From Phyllobates terribilis (taxonomy: Eukaryota), in assembly GCF_046119375.1 (NCBI RefSeq), contig NW_027362762.1, forward strand, positions 356,004,001 through 356,068,000: a DNA stretch of 64,000 nucleotides, in the 5' to 3' direction. The stretch's first letter is position 1. Each line of letters begins with the position of its first letter. A program made the translations under genes and the position numbers. The notes below the pieces were generated by a model. That model made no database searches and was not told the DNA's origin. It saw only the letters and a program-made list of their open reading frames with translations. Shown here in pieces: positions 12,761-25,900 of this stretch.

Positions 12761-13270
12761 CTGTACTTGCGTAATTGGCGCGTTCTAATGTGCGGATGGT
12801 ACCCAGGTATGGAGGACAGGAGACTCTCCTCCACACCCAGGTACCATTAAAAGATGTTAAAAAAAAGAATAAAATAAAAAATAAAGATTATATTCACCTT
12901 CCGACGGCCCCCGGACTCCTTCCCTGTGCTGGCTGCTGACAGATCGCGCAGGACTGAAGGACCTGCGGTGATGTCACAGTCATGTGACGGCAGGTCCCTC
13001 AGTACAGCGTACCGCGATCTGCCGGCAGCCAGCACAGGAGCGCAGCAAGACTGCAGGGGCCATCGGAAGGTAAGTATAGGTTTATTTTTTACCATTCTCT
13101 CGGGTCACACTATATAAATCCATGCCGTTTCCATGGATTTATATAGTGTGACCTAGTTGTCACAAGCACTTTCCAAGTGATGCTAAAATTGCTTGGAAAG
13201 CGCTTGACACCCGCATGCAGAAATGCAAGTGAAGAACGCTTCACATCCGCATGTCCCTGGCAGGAAAAAC

Positions 13271-13340
13271 GCATGTACAATCCGCATGTACAATCCGCAT
13301 GTACAATCCGCATGTACAATCCGCATGTACAATCCGCATG
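13271..13340. repeat. 13-bp tandem repeat (GCATGTACAATCC) x5 in the centre of a palindromic MITE
   Basis: Units start at 13271, 13284, 13297, 13310, 13323; flanked by inverted arms gaaaaacgcatg / catgcgtttttt. Confidence 0.9.
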
Positions 13341-13679
13341 CGTTTTTTTTCTGCCAGGGAGATGCAGAAACGCTCAGAAAAAATACGGAGCATTTCTGCA
13401 TTGTGGGCACATAGCCTAATATAACACAGAACCTCACACAGGCGCAGCTATGGAAAATACAACTTTACGACTGCTGAAAAGCAGAAGCAAAGAAAACAAA
13501 GTGGTGGCGCATTCAGGTGTAGACACTAAAGGGTTAAAGCCTGCCCCAAGCTGTGCCAGCAGCGATGTAGCCTACAAGCCAGGAGAGCCCTGGACCACAC
13601 ACACTACAGGCTGCTCACCCCATGTACCTTCTCCTCTAAGGCCCACTATCACACCCACACGATGCCGCAGGCTCCTCAC

Positions 13680-13958
13680 TTTCCCCGTCACACAGGCAGG
13701 GAGACATAGGAACCATCCGTGCACACTATAAATAGGTCTCTGGTAAAATGGCCGCCACACACAGCTTAGAGCGGAAGACCAGAGACTCTCTGACACTTTC
13801 TCGCGCTCGGAGCCCCGCCCACAGCGTATCGTCACTTCCGGTGGTGCAGCAGCCATTTTGTCTTTCCGTGAGAAGTGCCTTGGCCAGACGTTCCGATATC
13901 AGCAGTTCCTCGTGGGGCTGTCAGTGGTAGCGGCGCGTCTGGTTCCGTCCGCGGGAGA
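13680..13958. promoter_or_regulatory. CpG-rich bidirectional promoter region for RPP21 and ZBTB11
   Basis: CpG-dense; YY1-like AAAATGGCCGC (13745) and CAGCCATTTTG (~13849) on opposite strands, GC box CCCCGCCC (13813-13820), ETS site CACTTCCGGT (13833-13842); candidate minus-strand donor AAA|GTGAG at 13679. TSSs not directly observable. Confidence 0.65.
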
Positions 13959-16900
13959 ATGTCCAGTGAGGAGAGCTACCTCGCTATCCTGCGCTACCTC
14001 ACTAACGAGCAGGAGCCTTACGCCCCGGGCACCGAGGGCAATGTCAAGCGCAAGATCCGCAAGGCTGCAGCCTGCTATGTGGTGCGCTCCGGCACGTTGT
14101 ACTATCAGCGCCGGCACCGAGATAAGGAGCGCTTCACCGAGCTGGAGGTGGTGCTGCAGTCCGAGCGCAGGAAGGGGCTGCTAGAGGAGGCGCACACCGG
14201 GGCGGGAGGGGAGCACCTGACCCGGCACCAGACGTGGCACCGGCTGTCCCAGCAGTACTGGTGGAGAGGTGAGGGCTCTGGGGGGTGTACGTCTTGTGCT
14301 GGCGGGCGGGCTGGAGCCCCAATCACAACCACGCTTTTATGTGAAATTGGGCTGCAAAATGAAAGGAGCCTCCTGATTGGCTGCAGAAACCACAACACCT
14401 TGTTTAGCCCCTCTGACCTCACCTCAGAGCTGCCATCCTGTGTATCAGGCGGAGGCCGCAGCTCTCTGCTGCAAGCGGCTTCCTACAACTACAACCTCAC
14501 AAATAAAAGTAAAGATGATAATAAATCTGAGGCCTCCGTCTCCCTCAGATGGCGGCATACACCACAGGAGAGCCGCCGTTCTACTCATTGTACATAAACG
14601 TCTCCTTGTGGATGATCTAATGACGTGTACCCCACTGTGCTCATATATCCAGCATGCCATCCTCCTCCACAATAAAAGGGAAGTCCTACTCCGTTTACAT
14701 TCACAGGTGACCGCTGCAGCTAGTCACTGACTGCAGTGGTCACAGCATGCATGGCGTAAAACTGCAGATGTCGTGCGCTACCATGGCACATCATTGCTGC
14801 TGTGAGGCAAAGAGTCAATGAGAGACCCCCTGATAGAGGGGAATTTACTACAGGGGGTTGTTTTCACTTAGGGGATAAATGTCATCTGGCCGGGACCTCC
14901 ACCAGTCACAAGACGGGTGGGGAGGCTTAGAAGAGTGGTCCGAGCTCCCAGTCCTCCTCAATCCAGTCAACATCGCTGTTACCCATGGCAACCAATCCGA
15001 GCACTACTTTCACTTTTCTAAAGGTATATGGAATCTGGTTGCCGTTTGCACCATCTTTGACATCTGTCTCCTTGTACTCGCACGAGTATTCTTGCCAGTC
15101 AGAAGTTTGATTAGATGCCAGTAAGCTTAAGAGAAGCTCCCCAGAGGTCCGCTATAGTTCCTGTGTTATTAATATTTATCTTTAAAAGGGAAAGGGTTTG
15201 GGATGAGGGGTTACATACAAAATACATATATTACAGGGAACAGACTAGTAGTGACAGACCGGAACAGTGAGGAGAGGACCCTGCCCTTACAGGCTTACGG
15301 TCTACAGGGTGGTGGGGGAGTGAACAGTAGGTTAGGGGGAGGTTGCAGCAGCTCTGGCTGTGGGGAGGCGGCGGGTCCATTGTAGGTTTTTCTGAGGAGA
15401 TGAGTTTTCTAGTTACTTCTGATGGTTTTCAATGTAGGAGACCATCAGACATGTTTGGGTACGGAAATCCCAAGCATCACTGCATCTTCTGGGTCGGAGT
15501 CGATTAGGTGATAAATGTATGTGAGGGGAGGAGGTCTTGTGAGGACCAGAGGCTTCAGTCTACGATAATCAGTAATCTGAAGTCATGGTAACAGCTGATT
15601 TTATGTCCACATCTGCGATCACATCGCTAGCGCTACTCTAATGGAAGAACAATGGCGGCTGAATATGAAGCCTCCGTCCTTAGATGAGTTGTGATGTGAC
15701 TGGACAGTGGGGAAGGAGCTTATGGGTAAGCATTATCCGTAGATTAGGGAGACGTATACACCATGGTGCTCTTTCCCCTTTCTCTCTGTGCTGCTCTTAA
15801 TTATTTGTGTGCTATATCTATTGATGGTGACAGCAGCTGGACGTCGTGCACATGGGAAGATTTCCTGCAATTGAAGTTGGGTTTTATTAACATCAGAACC
15901 TGTTATTTTTTATTTTATTTCCAGGCATTTTGAAAGAACTAAAGGATTACATCAAGAAGTGCAGTAAATGCCAGGAAAAGGTTGACCGCTCACGTCCCTC
16001 TAATGATCCCACAGAAATGCTGGAGGAGTTTGGGATTGAAGTGCATTTAGACAGCAGTCATACAGATGACGAACTCAGCAACTCTGCGTCTGGAGCAAAT
16101 GTCGATCCGAAATCTTCAAAAAAGAAGCCAGTGGCAAAGCACGAGTTGGTTCTTGTACGTACCTTTTTAATTTTATTGTAGTGTTTTTGTGGTCTGTGCT
16201 GCTTATCAAAGAGGTTTTTGGGACTCTGATACCCACTAATCTGATACTGAGTAATATCAGACTCCCAGCACTTCCACCGATCAGTTCACGGAAAGAGATG
16301 AGCTGCAGGACTAGGCACAGCTGCTACACAATGTACAGTGCACTGCCTGGCTTGTAGACCATATCAGGGCATGACATTCGCTGGAGCACTGCAGCCTTAT
16401 GCGTCCGCTGATCATGGGGGTGACAGGTCTAAGACTCACTCAGAAACCTCTTTAAAGCCCCATGTTCATACAGTTAAAGTTAAAGTGCTATTCTAGCTCC
16501 CTCCCATATCAGTAGATGAGTGCACCGGTGATATCACATACACAGATTTCAGTTGACGTGACCAGCTCAACTCACCTTTTGCTCTTAAAGAACAATATGC
16601 AGACTTACCTATGTGTTCTACTCTTTCATCAGGTGGACAGTAAAGGCGTAGTGAAGCAGTCTTCTCTTAAGCATGGCCAGGCAGTACTGGATCAGTTAAA
16701 CCAGCAGAGGCTTGCTAGCCAGTTCTGTGATGTGACCCTGCTCATAGAAGGAGAGGAATTCAAGGCCCATAAGTCGGTTCTGGCTGCCAGCAGCGAGTAC
16801 TTCAGAGAACTCTTTATTGAGAAAGGAGCGGTCTCTAGTCATGAAGCTTTTGTGGACCTTTCAGGTAAATTAGTGAAATCTCTGTTTAGTTCTTACCAAA

Positions 16901-19900
16901 CTTGTCTTTAGCCATTCTTGTTGTGCTATCCCTGTTATTCTTCCAGAAAATATAGGAATCATTTACCAACTGGCTTATACCATTGTCCTTGTCAAAGGAG
17001 TGAGTCCCTAGAAAGTCTGACGCATTTATCATACGAGTTATATAATCTTTATATTTAGATTGGACTTTTGCAGATGTGGCCATAAATATATACAGTACGT
17101 ACCAAAAGTTTGGACACACTTTCTCATTTAAAGATTTTTCTGTATTTTCATGACTATGAAAATTGTACATTCACATTGAAGGCATCAAAACTATGAATTA
17201 ACAAATGTGGAATTATATACTTAACAAAAAAGTGTGAAACAACTGAAAATATGTCTTATATTCTAGGTTCTTCAAAGTAGCCACCTTTTGCTTTGATGAC
17301 TGCTTTGCACACTCTTGGCATTCTCTTGATGAGCTTCAAGAGGTAGTCACCAGAAATAGACTTCCAACAATCTTGAAGGAGTTCCCAGAGATGCTTAGCA
17401 CTTGTTGGCCCTTTTGCCTTCACTCTGTGGTCCAGCTCACCCCAAACCATCTCGATTGGGTTCAGGTCTGGTGACTGTGGAGGCCAGGTCTTCTGGCGTA
17501 GCACCCCATCACTCTCCTTCTTGGTCAAATAGCCCTTACACAGCCTGGAGGTGTGTTTGGGGTCATTGTCCTGTTGAAAAATAAATGATGGTCCAACTAA
17601 ACGCAAACTGGATGAAATAGCATGCCGCTGCAAGATGCTGTGGTAGCCATGCTGGTTCAGTATGCCTTCAATTCAATTTTGAATAAATCCCCAACAGTGT
17701 CACCAGCAAAGCACCCCCACATCATCACACCTCCTCTTCCATGCTTCACGGTGGGAACCAAGCATGTAGAGTCCATCCGTTCACCTTTTCTGCCTCGCAC
17801 AAAGACACCGTGGTTGGAACCAAAGATCTCAAAATTGGTTTTCCCAATTTTTCGGACTGACTGACCTTCATTTCTTAAAGTAATGATGGCCACTCGTTTT
17901 TCTTTACTTAGCTGCTTTTTTTCTTGCCATAATACAAATTCTAACAGTCTATTCAGTAGGACTATCAGCTGTGTATCCACCAGACTTCTGCACAACACAA
18001 CTGATGGTCACAACCCCATTTATAAGGCAAGAAATCCCACTTATTAAACCTGACAGAGCACACCTGTGAAGTGAAAACCATTTCCGGTGACTACCTCTTT
18101 AAGCTCATCAAGAGAATGCCAAGAGTGTGTAAAGCAGTCATCAAAGCAAAAGGTGGCTACTTTGAAGAACCTAGAATATAAGACATATTTTCAGTTGTTT
18201 CACAATTTTTCGTTAAGTATATAATTCCACATGTGTTAATTCATAGCTTTGATGCCTTCAGTGTGAATGTACAATTTTCATAGTCATGAAAATACAGAAA
18301 AAGCTTTAAATGAGAGGGTGTGTCCAAACTTTTGGTCTGAACTGTATATAAAAAATGTTTGTGTTTTTTTTCAGTTTCTTATAGAGGGACAATTCCAACT
18401 TTTATGTCTTTAACATTTTTTTTTATTAATCTTAAAATCCTTCATTTTTAATTTTTTTTTAAAATAACTTTTGCAGGCCCCGCCTGACATAGCAACCCTT
18501 CGGCACCTCATGAGCACTGTGTGGGGCCAATGGGCATCCAAATTGCAACGTTACCCTGATTGCATACAGTGAATGCCGCTGTCAAATATTGACAGTGACA
18601 TTTAAGGGGTTAAACAGCAGTGATCAGTGCAAGCTTCAGTCGCTGCTGTTAGTGGCAGATGCTGGCTGTATAACACAGCTGGCACCCATCGTCTGTGCAG
18701 GAACTCAAAGTCCATCCCAGAAGAATTGGTTTTAGAAGTCGTCTTATTTCAGAGATTTCACATCAGGCCGATGATAAATCTGTAACCTGTCCTTTTATTC
18801 ACTGTTTTAATTTTTTTATTCATTTGCTTAATTTCTAGGATTTTTCAAGGCCAGCTTCCTGCCATTGCTAGAATTTGCCTACACCTCCGAGTTGTGCTTT
18901 GATTTCTGCAGCATGGCTGAGTTGGTAATGCTCGCTCGCCATCTGTACATGCATGAAGTGTTAGAAATCTGTGAATCTGTGCATAAACAGATGGAAGAAA
19001 AGCAGCTCACCTTGTATCAGAAAGGAGGTGTTCACACTGTAGCTTTAGATATGAACGTGGAGGTCGTCACAGTGGGAGAGGCAGGGAATGTAAGCACTCC
19101 AAAATTATCTATAGTGAAAGAGGTGGCAAGTGGGCAACAGATACTGACTGTGTGGAATGTGAAATGTCCGCAAACGCAGGAAATAATATCAGGTGAAGCT
19201 TCTCAGCCAGATACCATGTCAACAACTGTATCTGTAGAAGCCGTAGAACTGACAAATGGCTCCGAAATCCCAGGTGACTCTGCTGATGGCGCCCAGGTCT
19301 GCTCTATTGACGGCACCACAGCAATTTACATCTCAAATTCTGCTTCAGATGTGCAGCCGGCCGTCCTTATTCCTACAGTTATTGATGTGTCATCAGTTGA
19401 ACCTCAGCAAACCGTAGAAACTGTCCAGGAGATTATTATGTCTCAAGTGCAAGTTAGTTCTGAGTCCTCAGAAACCCAGCCATCTTTCACTAACGTGCAA
19501 GGATCTGAAGCACAGGAGACGCCCAGCCAGAGTGCTGTAGAGGAACAAGTAGATCTAGCTAGAAATATCCAGGTTCCACAGCCTCTCCATGCCCAAGGAT
19601 CACCTTTTATGGATGTGGGGATGGATGTAGATGTTAACGAGGAGAAAGAACTCGATCCAAAGACTGTCGAGAGCTTGAAGAGAAAACGTGGTAAGGCGTC
19701 CAAGTCTGTAGATTCTCCCGCTGACGTAGAAAGCTCCCCAACCGTCCTGGATGACGCAGATGGAGCTTCTAGTGAAGGAGCTGCTGTTGACCGACCTTGG
19801 TCTTCCAAAGTAGATAGTCAGTCTTCTGGAACAGATACCACCGCCCCTGAAAGTCCAGGATCTTCCGAAATGGATCCTTATAAAAGCAAGTTACGAGAAC

Positions 19901-22900
19901 GCTCTGTTGGAGAAGGTGGATATATACAGCTACACAGAGGCAAAGACAAGAAGAACTTTAATAGAAAGTCCATTCCCAAGTCTGCTGTTCAGCAGGTAAA
20001 AATTTGATTAAACTTTTTTTTTTTAACTAGTTAATTGCGTTTCCAGTATCTGCGTGGAATAAGTAGATCATATTGTGAGCCCTTCATGGTCTGATATGAG
20101 TGGATATATTTTATATACTGCTCTGTGCAGTATGTCGCATTATGAATGTTTGGGAAATTGCACCCTGCTGTTAGTGCTAAAAAGCTGTGCAACGTTTTTT
20201 TCCCCCAATTTTTATGTCTGATTTTTTTTTAAATGTTATTCATAATCATATATTATCTGCCTAGATAGGCAGGAGTTCAATATTATACCTGCAAATAAAG
20301 TAGAGTGCAGTTGTAGTGCTTTACTTAGGAGCTTAGGTGAGAACTTCCATCCTGCTCTGTGTTACATTGTATTGTTAATCTCTCCTGCATCTACCGTGTA
20401 GTTGTATTGTAAAGACTTCCCTTTCCAGAATTTGGCCTTCTAGAGCAGATCGGTGACCCCTAGCCAGAAATACTGGGGACATTTGTGCTTGCAGTTCTGC
20501 ATGTACATAGGCTCATAATATCTTGTACTAAACTTACGTTACAAAATAATGCAATGCGTTGTCAGTCGCTTCGACGATTATGGATGTTAAATTGAAATGT
20601 ATAACGCTGTTTAAAGGTGAAGATAGAGTTTAATAGTTGTCATGTTTAATATGGGTAAAAATGACAATGTCCTTGTTCTCGTAATCCAGTGAAGAGTTTT
20701 ATGCCACAGGAAAGTAGGCTCAAAGTTTTTGTCTTCTTCTTCTTTTAAAGGCTGCTAGGAAATTGGTGCAGAGAGGTAAAAAGATAATGCTGCCACCGAA
20801 GAAAGACGCCCCAGAGGTAGAAGAGCATCACACGTGTAAGGACTGTGGAATGGTATTTCAGCGCAAGTATGCCATGATCATGCACAGTATGAGCCATGAT
20901 CACGTCAAAAAATTCAAGTGCCCGGTAAGTCACATAATGAGGGTTATGTCACATACTGTCGGAGTTAGGCTAGGTTCACAAGAGCAAAATCGTCCAGGAA
21001 AAGTGACTTGCCATCCGTGTGTCCATTTTGTCCATCCATATGGCATCCATTTTTATATGAACACTTTAATAAATAATAAAGGTCAAATAAAAAAATAAAA
21101 AATAGGAAACTTTATTTCAATGTATCTGTCAAAAGCACCACATGCGGATGATTACCGATATGTGATCTGTTTTGTTTGTGGACCCATTGACTTATAATGA
21201 TCTGATCCAATACACAGATCAAAATAGTTCATACTGCAAATTTTTTTTTTTATATTTTATTCTATTACATGCAAACCATCGGTCAGTGTGTAAAAATGTT
21301 CATGTGACTACCACACTGACTTGCATTCGTCAGTGTACTGTCAATATGTCCTACCTGTTTTGCTTATGGACAATACATGGCCATTTAATACATTCGTCTG
21401 AACAAGCCCCTGCAAAGATAATATACACTGCTCAAAAAAACAAAGGGAACACTCAAATAACACATCCTAGATCTGAATGAATTAAATATTCTCATTGAAT
21501 ACTTTGTCCAGTACAAAGTTGAATGTGCTGCCAACAAAATCACACAAAAATCATCAATGGAAATCAAATTTATTAACCAATGGAGGCCTGGATTTGGAGA
21601 CACCCCCAAAATTAAAGTGGAAAAACACACTACAGGCTGATCCAACTTTGATGTAATGTCCTTAAAACAAGTCAAAATGAGGCTCAGTATTGTGTGTGGC
21701 CTCCACGTGCCTGTGTGACCTCCCTACAACGCCTGGGCATGCTCCTGATGAGGTTGCGGATGGTCTCCTGTGGGATCTCCTCCCAGACCTGGACTAAAGC
21801 ATCTGCCAACTCCTGGACAGTCTGTGGTGCAACGTGACGTTGGTGGATGGAGCGAGACATGATGTCCCAGATGTGCTCAATGGGATTCAGGTCTGGGGCA
21901 CGGGCGGGCCAGTCCATAGCTTCAATGCCTTCATCTTGCAGGAACTGCTGACACACTCCAGCCACATGAGGTCTGGCATTGTCCTGCATTAGGAGGAACC
22001 CAGGGCCAACCTCACCAGCATATGGTCTCACAAGGGGTCTGAGGATCTCATCTCGGTACCTAATGGCAGTCAGGCTACCTCTGGCGAGCACATGGAGGGC
22101 TGTGCGGCCCTCCAAAGAAATGCCACCCCACACCATTACTGACCCACTGCCAAACCGGTCATTTTGAAGGATGTTGCAGGCAGTAGATCGCTCTCCACGG
22201 CGTCTCCAGACTCTGTCACGTCTGTCACATGTGCTCAGTGTGAACCTGCTTTCATCTGTGAAGAGCACAGGGCGCCAGTGACGACTTTGCCAATCCTGGT
22301 GTTCTGTGGCAAATGCCAAGCGTCTTGCATGGTGTTGGGCTGTGAGCACAACCCCCATCTGTGGACATCAGGCCCTCATACCACCCTCATGGAGTCGGTT
22401 TCTAACCGTTTGTGCAGACACATGAACATTTGTGGTCTGCTGGAGGTCATTTTGCAGGGCTCTGGCAGTTCTCCTCCTGTTCCTCCTTGCACAAAGGCGG
22501 AGGTAGCTGTCCTGCTGCTGGGTTGTTGCCCTTCTATGGCCCCCTCCACGTCTCCTGGTGTACTGGCCTGTCTCCTGGTAGCGCCTCCAGCCTCTGGACA
22601 CTATGCTGACAGACACAGCAAACCTCCTTGCCACAGCTCGCATTGATGTGCCATCCTGGGTGAGCTGCACTACCTGAGCAACTTCTGTGGGTTGTAGAGT
22701 CCGTCTCATGCTACCATGAGTGTGAAAGCACAGCCAACATTCAAAAGTGACCAAAACATCAGCCAGAAAGCATTGGTACTGAGATGTGGTCTGTGGTCCC
22801 CACCTGCAGAACCACTCCTTTATTGAGTGTGTCTTGATAATTGCCAATAATTTCCATCTATTGTCTATTCCATTTGCACAACAGCATGTGAAATTGATTG

Positions 22901-25900
22901 TCAATCAGTGTTGCTTCCTAAGTGGACAGTTTGATTTCACAGAAGTTTGATCTACTTTCAGTTATATTCTGTTATTTAAGTGTTCCCTTTATTTTTTTGA
23001 GCAGTGTATTACATCATAATACTTCAGATTCTGTTCAGCTGATTCTGGTCTATGTGACAACTTAAATGGTTGAATGGTTAGCTAAATTTGCATCCACAAG
23101 TGGATTAGTGAAAAAAAGTAGAATGTACAGAAAGTAAAAAAAAAAAAAAAAAAAAATTTTTAAATGCTGTATATTTCATTAATTTTTTAGCTGTGCAAGA
23201 AGGAGTTCCAGTACAGGGCATCATTACGTGCCCATTTGATCCGACACTCTCGTAAGACAGAGCCAGCTATGGAGGCAGAAGAGATCAAAGGAATGACCAA
23301 GCGGCAATACATATGTGACATTTGTGGAAGGACCCTCCCAAAAATGTACTCTTTGAGACTACATATGCTCAAACATACTGGCGTTAAGCCACATGAGTGT
23401 AAGGTAAGTTTGGCACAGTAATAAAAAACGTGACCCGAAAATAATGTTTATAGCTGGTCTGCTAGTGATACAACCTACAGCGCCACTTCGCTTTGCTATT
23501 CTGCATGCTCAGTTTCCGCATTAGGACTTGTGAGGGGCTCAGCAGAGGACATAATAAATGCACAAGAGACTTGCTCTTCATCTGCAGGTGAACATAGAGG
23601 GAGGAGAACAGCCTGGTATAGATGTCATGAGTGCAGCCACCATGGCGGCTGCTGCTGAAGCCAAGCCTACTTTTGCTGCGTAGAGAAGAATCACATAGGG
23701 AGCAATAGTGAGTCAAAAATGTACTTACAGAGGGTAAAGATGTAGTATTGGTGAGGAATTGTTGCTTTCTGAGTATTTTTTATTTTTCAAGATTCTTTTC
23801 TGACCTTTGAAATATCCCATGAAGATAGAAATAGAATAAGATTGCACCTAGATCAATATATTATAAAAGTCTGAGTTGTTCATATATTTTTTTCCTCCTA
23901 AGATTTGTCAGAAGACATTCACTCACAAGCATGGTTTAAAGATGCACCAGGCTTTACATGACACGCACAAGCAGTTCAAATGTGTTCTGTGTGACAAGTC
24001 CTTTGTGACCAACCGCAGTCTGCAGGAACATGTCAGCACCCATACAGGTAATCCATGGCTGCCAGATGTCCTACACTGACTTGTGTCAGATCTCCATACT
24101 CCTGGGTTGTTGGCTGCTAATGGTAAATGCTGCCTTATCGTCTTGGGCTTTAGTTAAAGAGGTTTTCCACTTCTTCTACATTGGTAGCCTTTTCTTAGGA
24201 TTGGCATCAATGTCTGATCGGCCGGGGTCGAGCGCCCCTGCCAATCAGCTGCTATCGGTGGCTGCGGCTGTCGGTTGTAAGTACTTACGTATGGAGCTGG
24301 CAGTCTACTTGTAGTGGCCGGGGCTTGGTACTGCACATCCTCTTCCTATTCAAAGCAATAGGAGGCGGATGTGCAGTACCAAACCCCGGCCACTACACGT
24401 AGACAACCAATCTCCGCAAGTGAGTACTTTCATCCGTCACCGATGACAGCTGATCAGCGGGGTTGCTGGGTGTCAGATCCCGGCCGATCAGACATTGATA
24501 CTCTATCCTACGGCTAGGCCATCAATGTAAAAGTAGTGGACAACCTCTTTAATCTTAGTTTAATTATTTTAAGTGATTTTTTTTTTTTTTTTTGTAGGTG
24601 AAACAAAGTATCTTTGCACAATGTGTGGGAAAACTTTCCATCGAGCATCTGGTCTCAGTAAACATCTCAAGAAACACAAGCCCAAACCTGAAGTTCAGAA
24701 ATATCATTGCACACAGTAAGTGTCCGTAGTGTTTCTTTTCATAGTCCTGGACACAACAAGCCCCCGGACCAGACACACTTTATTTTACCCCTCTGTAATG
24801 TTGGTACACTGAAATTGAATAATGTTGCCTTTTTCCTTCGGCTGGTATTCACTGGCTGTTCAAAATGCTTTTGCACCTGGTTGAGGTTACTGAGAGCAGC
24901 GTAAAACAGAAACAGAGACCCTGATTCTGACACTGGGTCACTTACTGAGCTTCAAGCTGTAATTTTGATAAAACTTTATCTGCTGCAGCTCTGGCATTCT
25001 TCTGAATAATCAGTTCCTGCTTATATTGTCCTCGATATTCATGAGCTCTGTATAACCCCACCCCCAACACTGATTGGCAGCTTTCTGCTTATGCACAGTG
25101 CAGGAAGAAATCTGTCAGTCAAAAGTAGGATGGGATTACACAGAGCTCATCATTGAGAAGACTAGCAGATCCACAGCAGATAAAACAGTAGTATTACTAA
25201 TACTACAGCAAGGAGCCAAGTAAGTGACACAGCACTGGAATCGTGGTCTTTGTCCCTATTTTATGCTGCCTTCAGATTGGGATACATAACCTAGTGTCAG
25301 TTTCCCCTTGAAAAGCTTGAAATGTCATATTTTCACCACTGATTTTATTAGCAGTATAGAGAATTCATATTATACCTTTAATACATGATCAATAACAACC
25401 ACACTGAAACCATTATTAATCAATTAAATATCTCATGGCCAACAGCCTAAAGTAAATGACCAGAATCACTAGTCCACATGCACACTCCTTAGCAATAAAT
25501 TCCTACAAAATAAAAAAAACAATGGAGTCAAGGTCCTCGTACAAAAAAAGTTATTTTATTGAATGTACAAAAATAGGCTAACATACATCAAAATACATAT
25601 TAAAAAGGTCAACAATCAAGAACACAGGTCTTTGAGGCAGCTAGTCCATAATTCTTTAACAAGTCATGGTTTCAGAAGTCTTCACAACAATCAAGTAATA
25701 TATATACTGATATTTCTATTTCCCATTTAGATAAACCCATATAATATCTATAGATCAAAGGCTACATAAAGTGCTAATGCATTGTGACAATATTTGACTC
25801 AGATCTAGAGATAAAGTTTAATCTGATGGCTATGTAAAAGTGCTGTCTCACTGAATCAGTACAGCCAGCTGAACTAATATGGCTCATATACTACAAGGGT

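Noticed and set aside
13875-13958. 28-codon N-terminal extension of ZBTB11 from the ORF track
   Set aside because: The track start is a GTG/TTG-type codon, homology begins at MSSEES (13959), and the upstream sequence is promoter/UTR.
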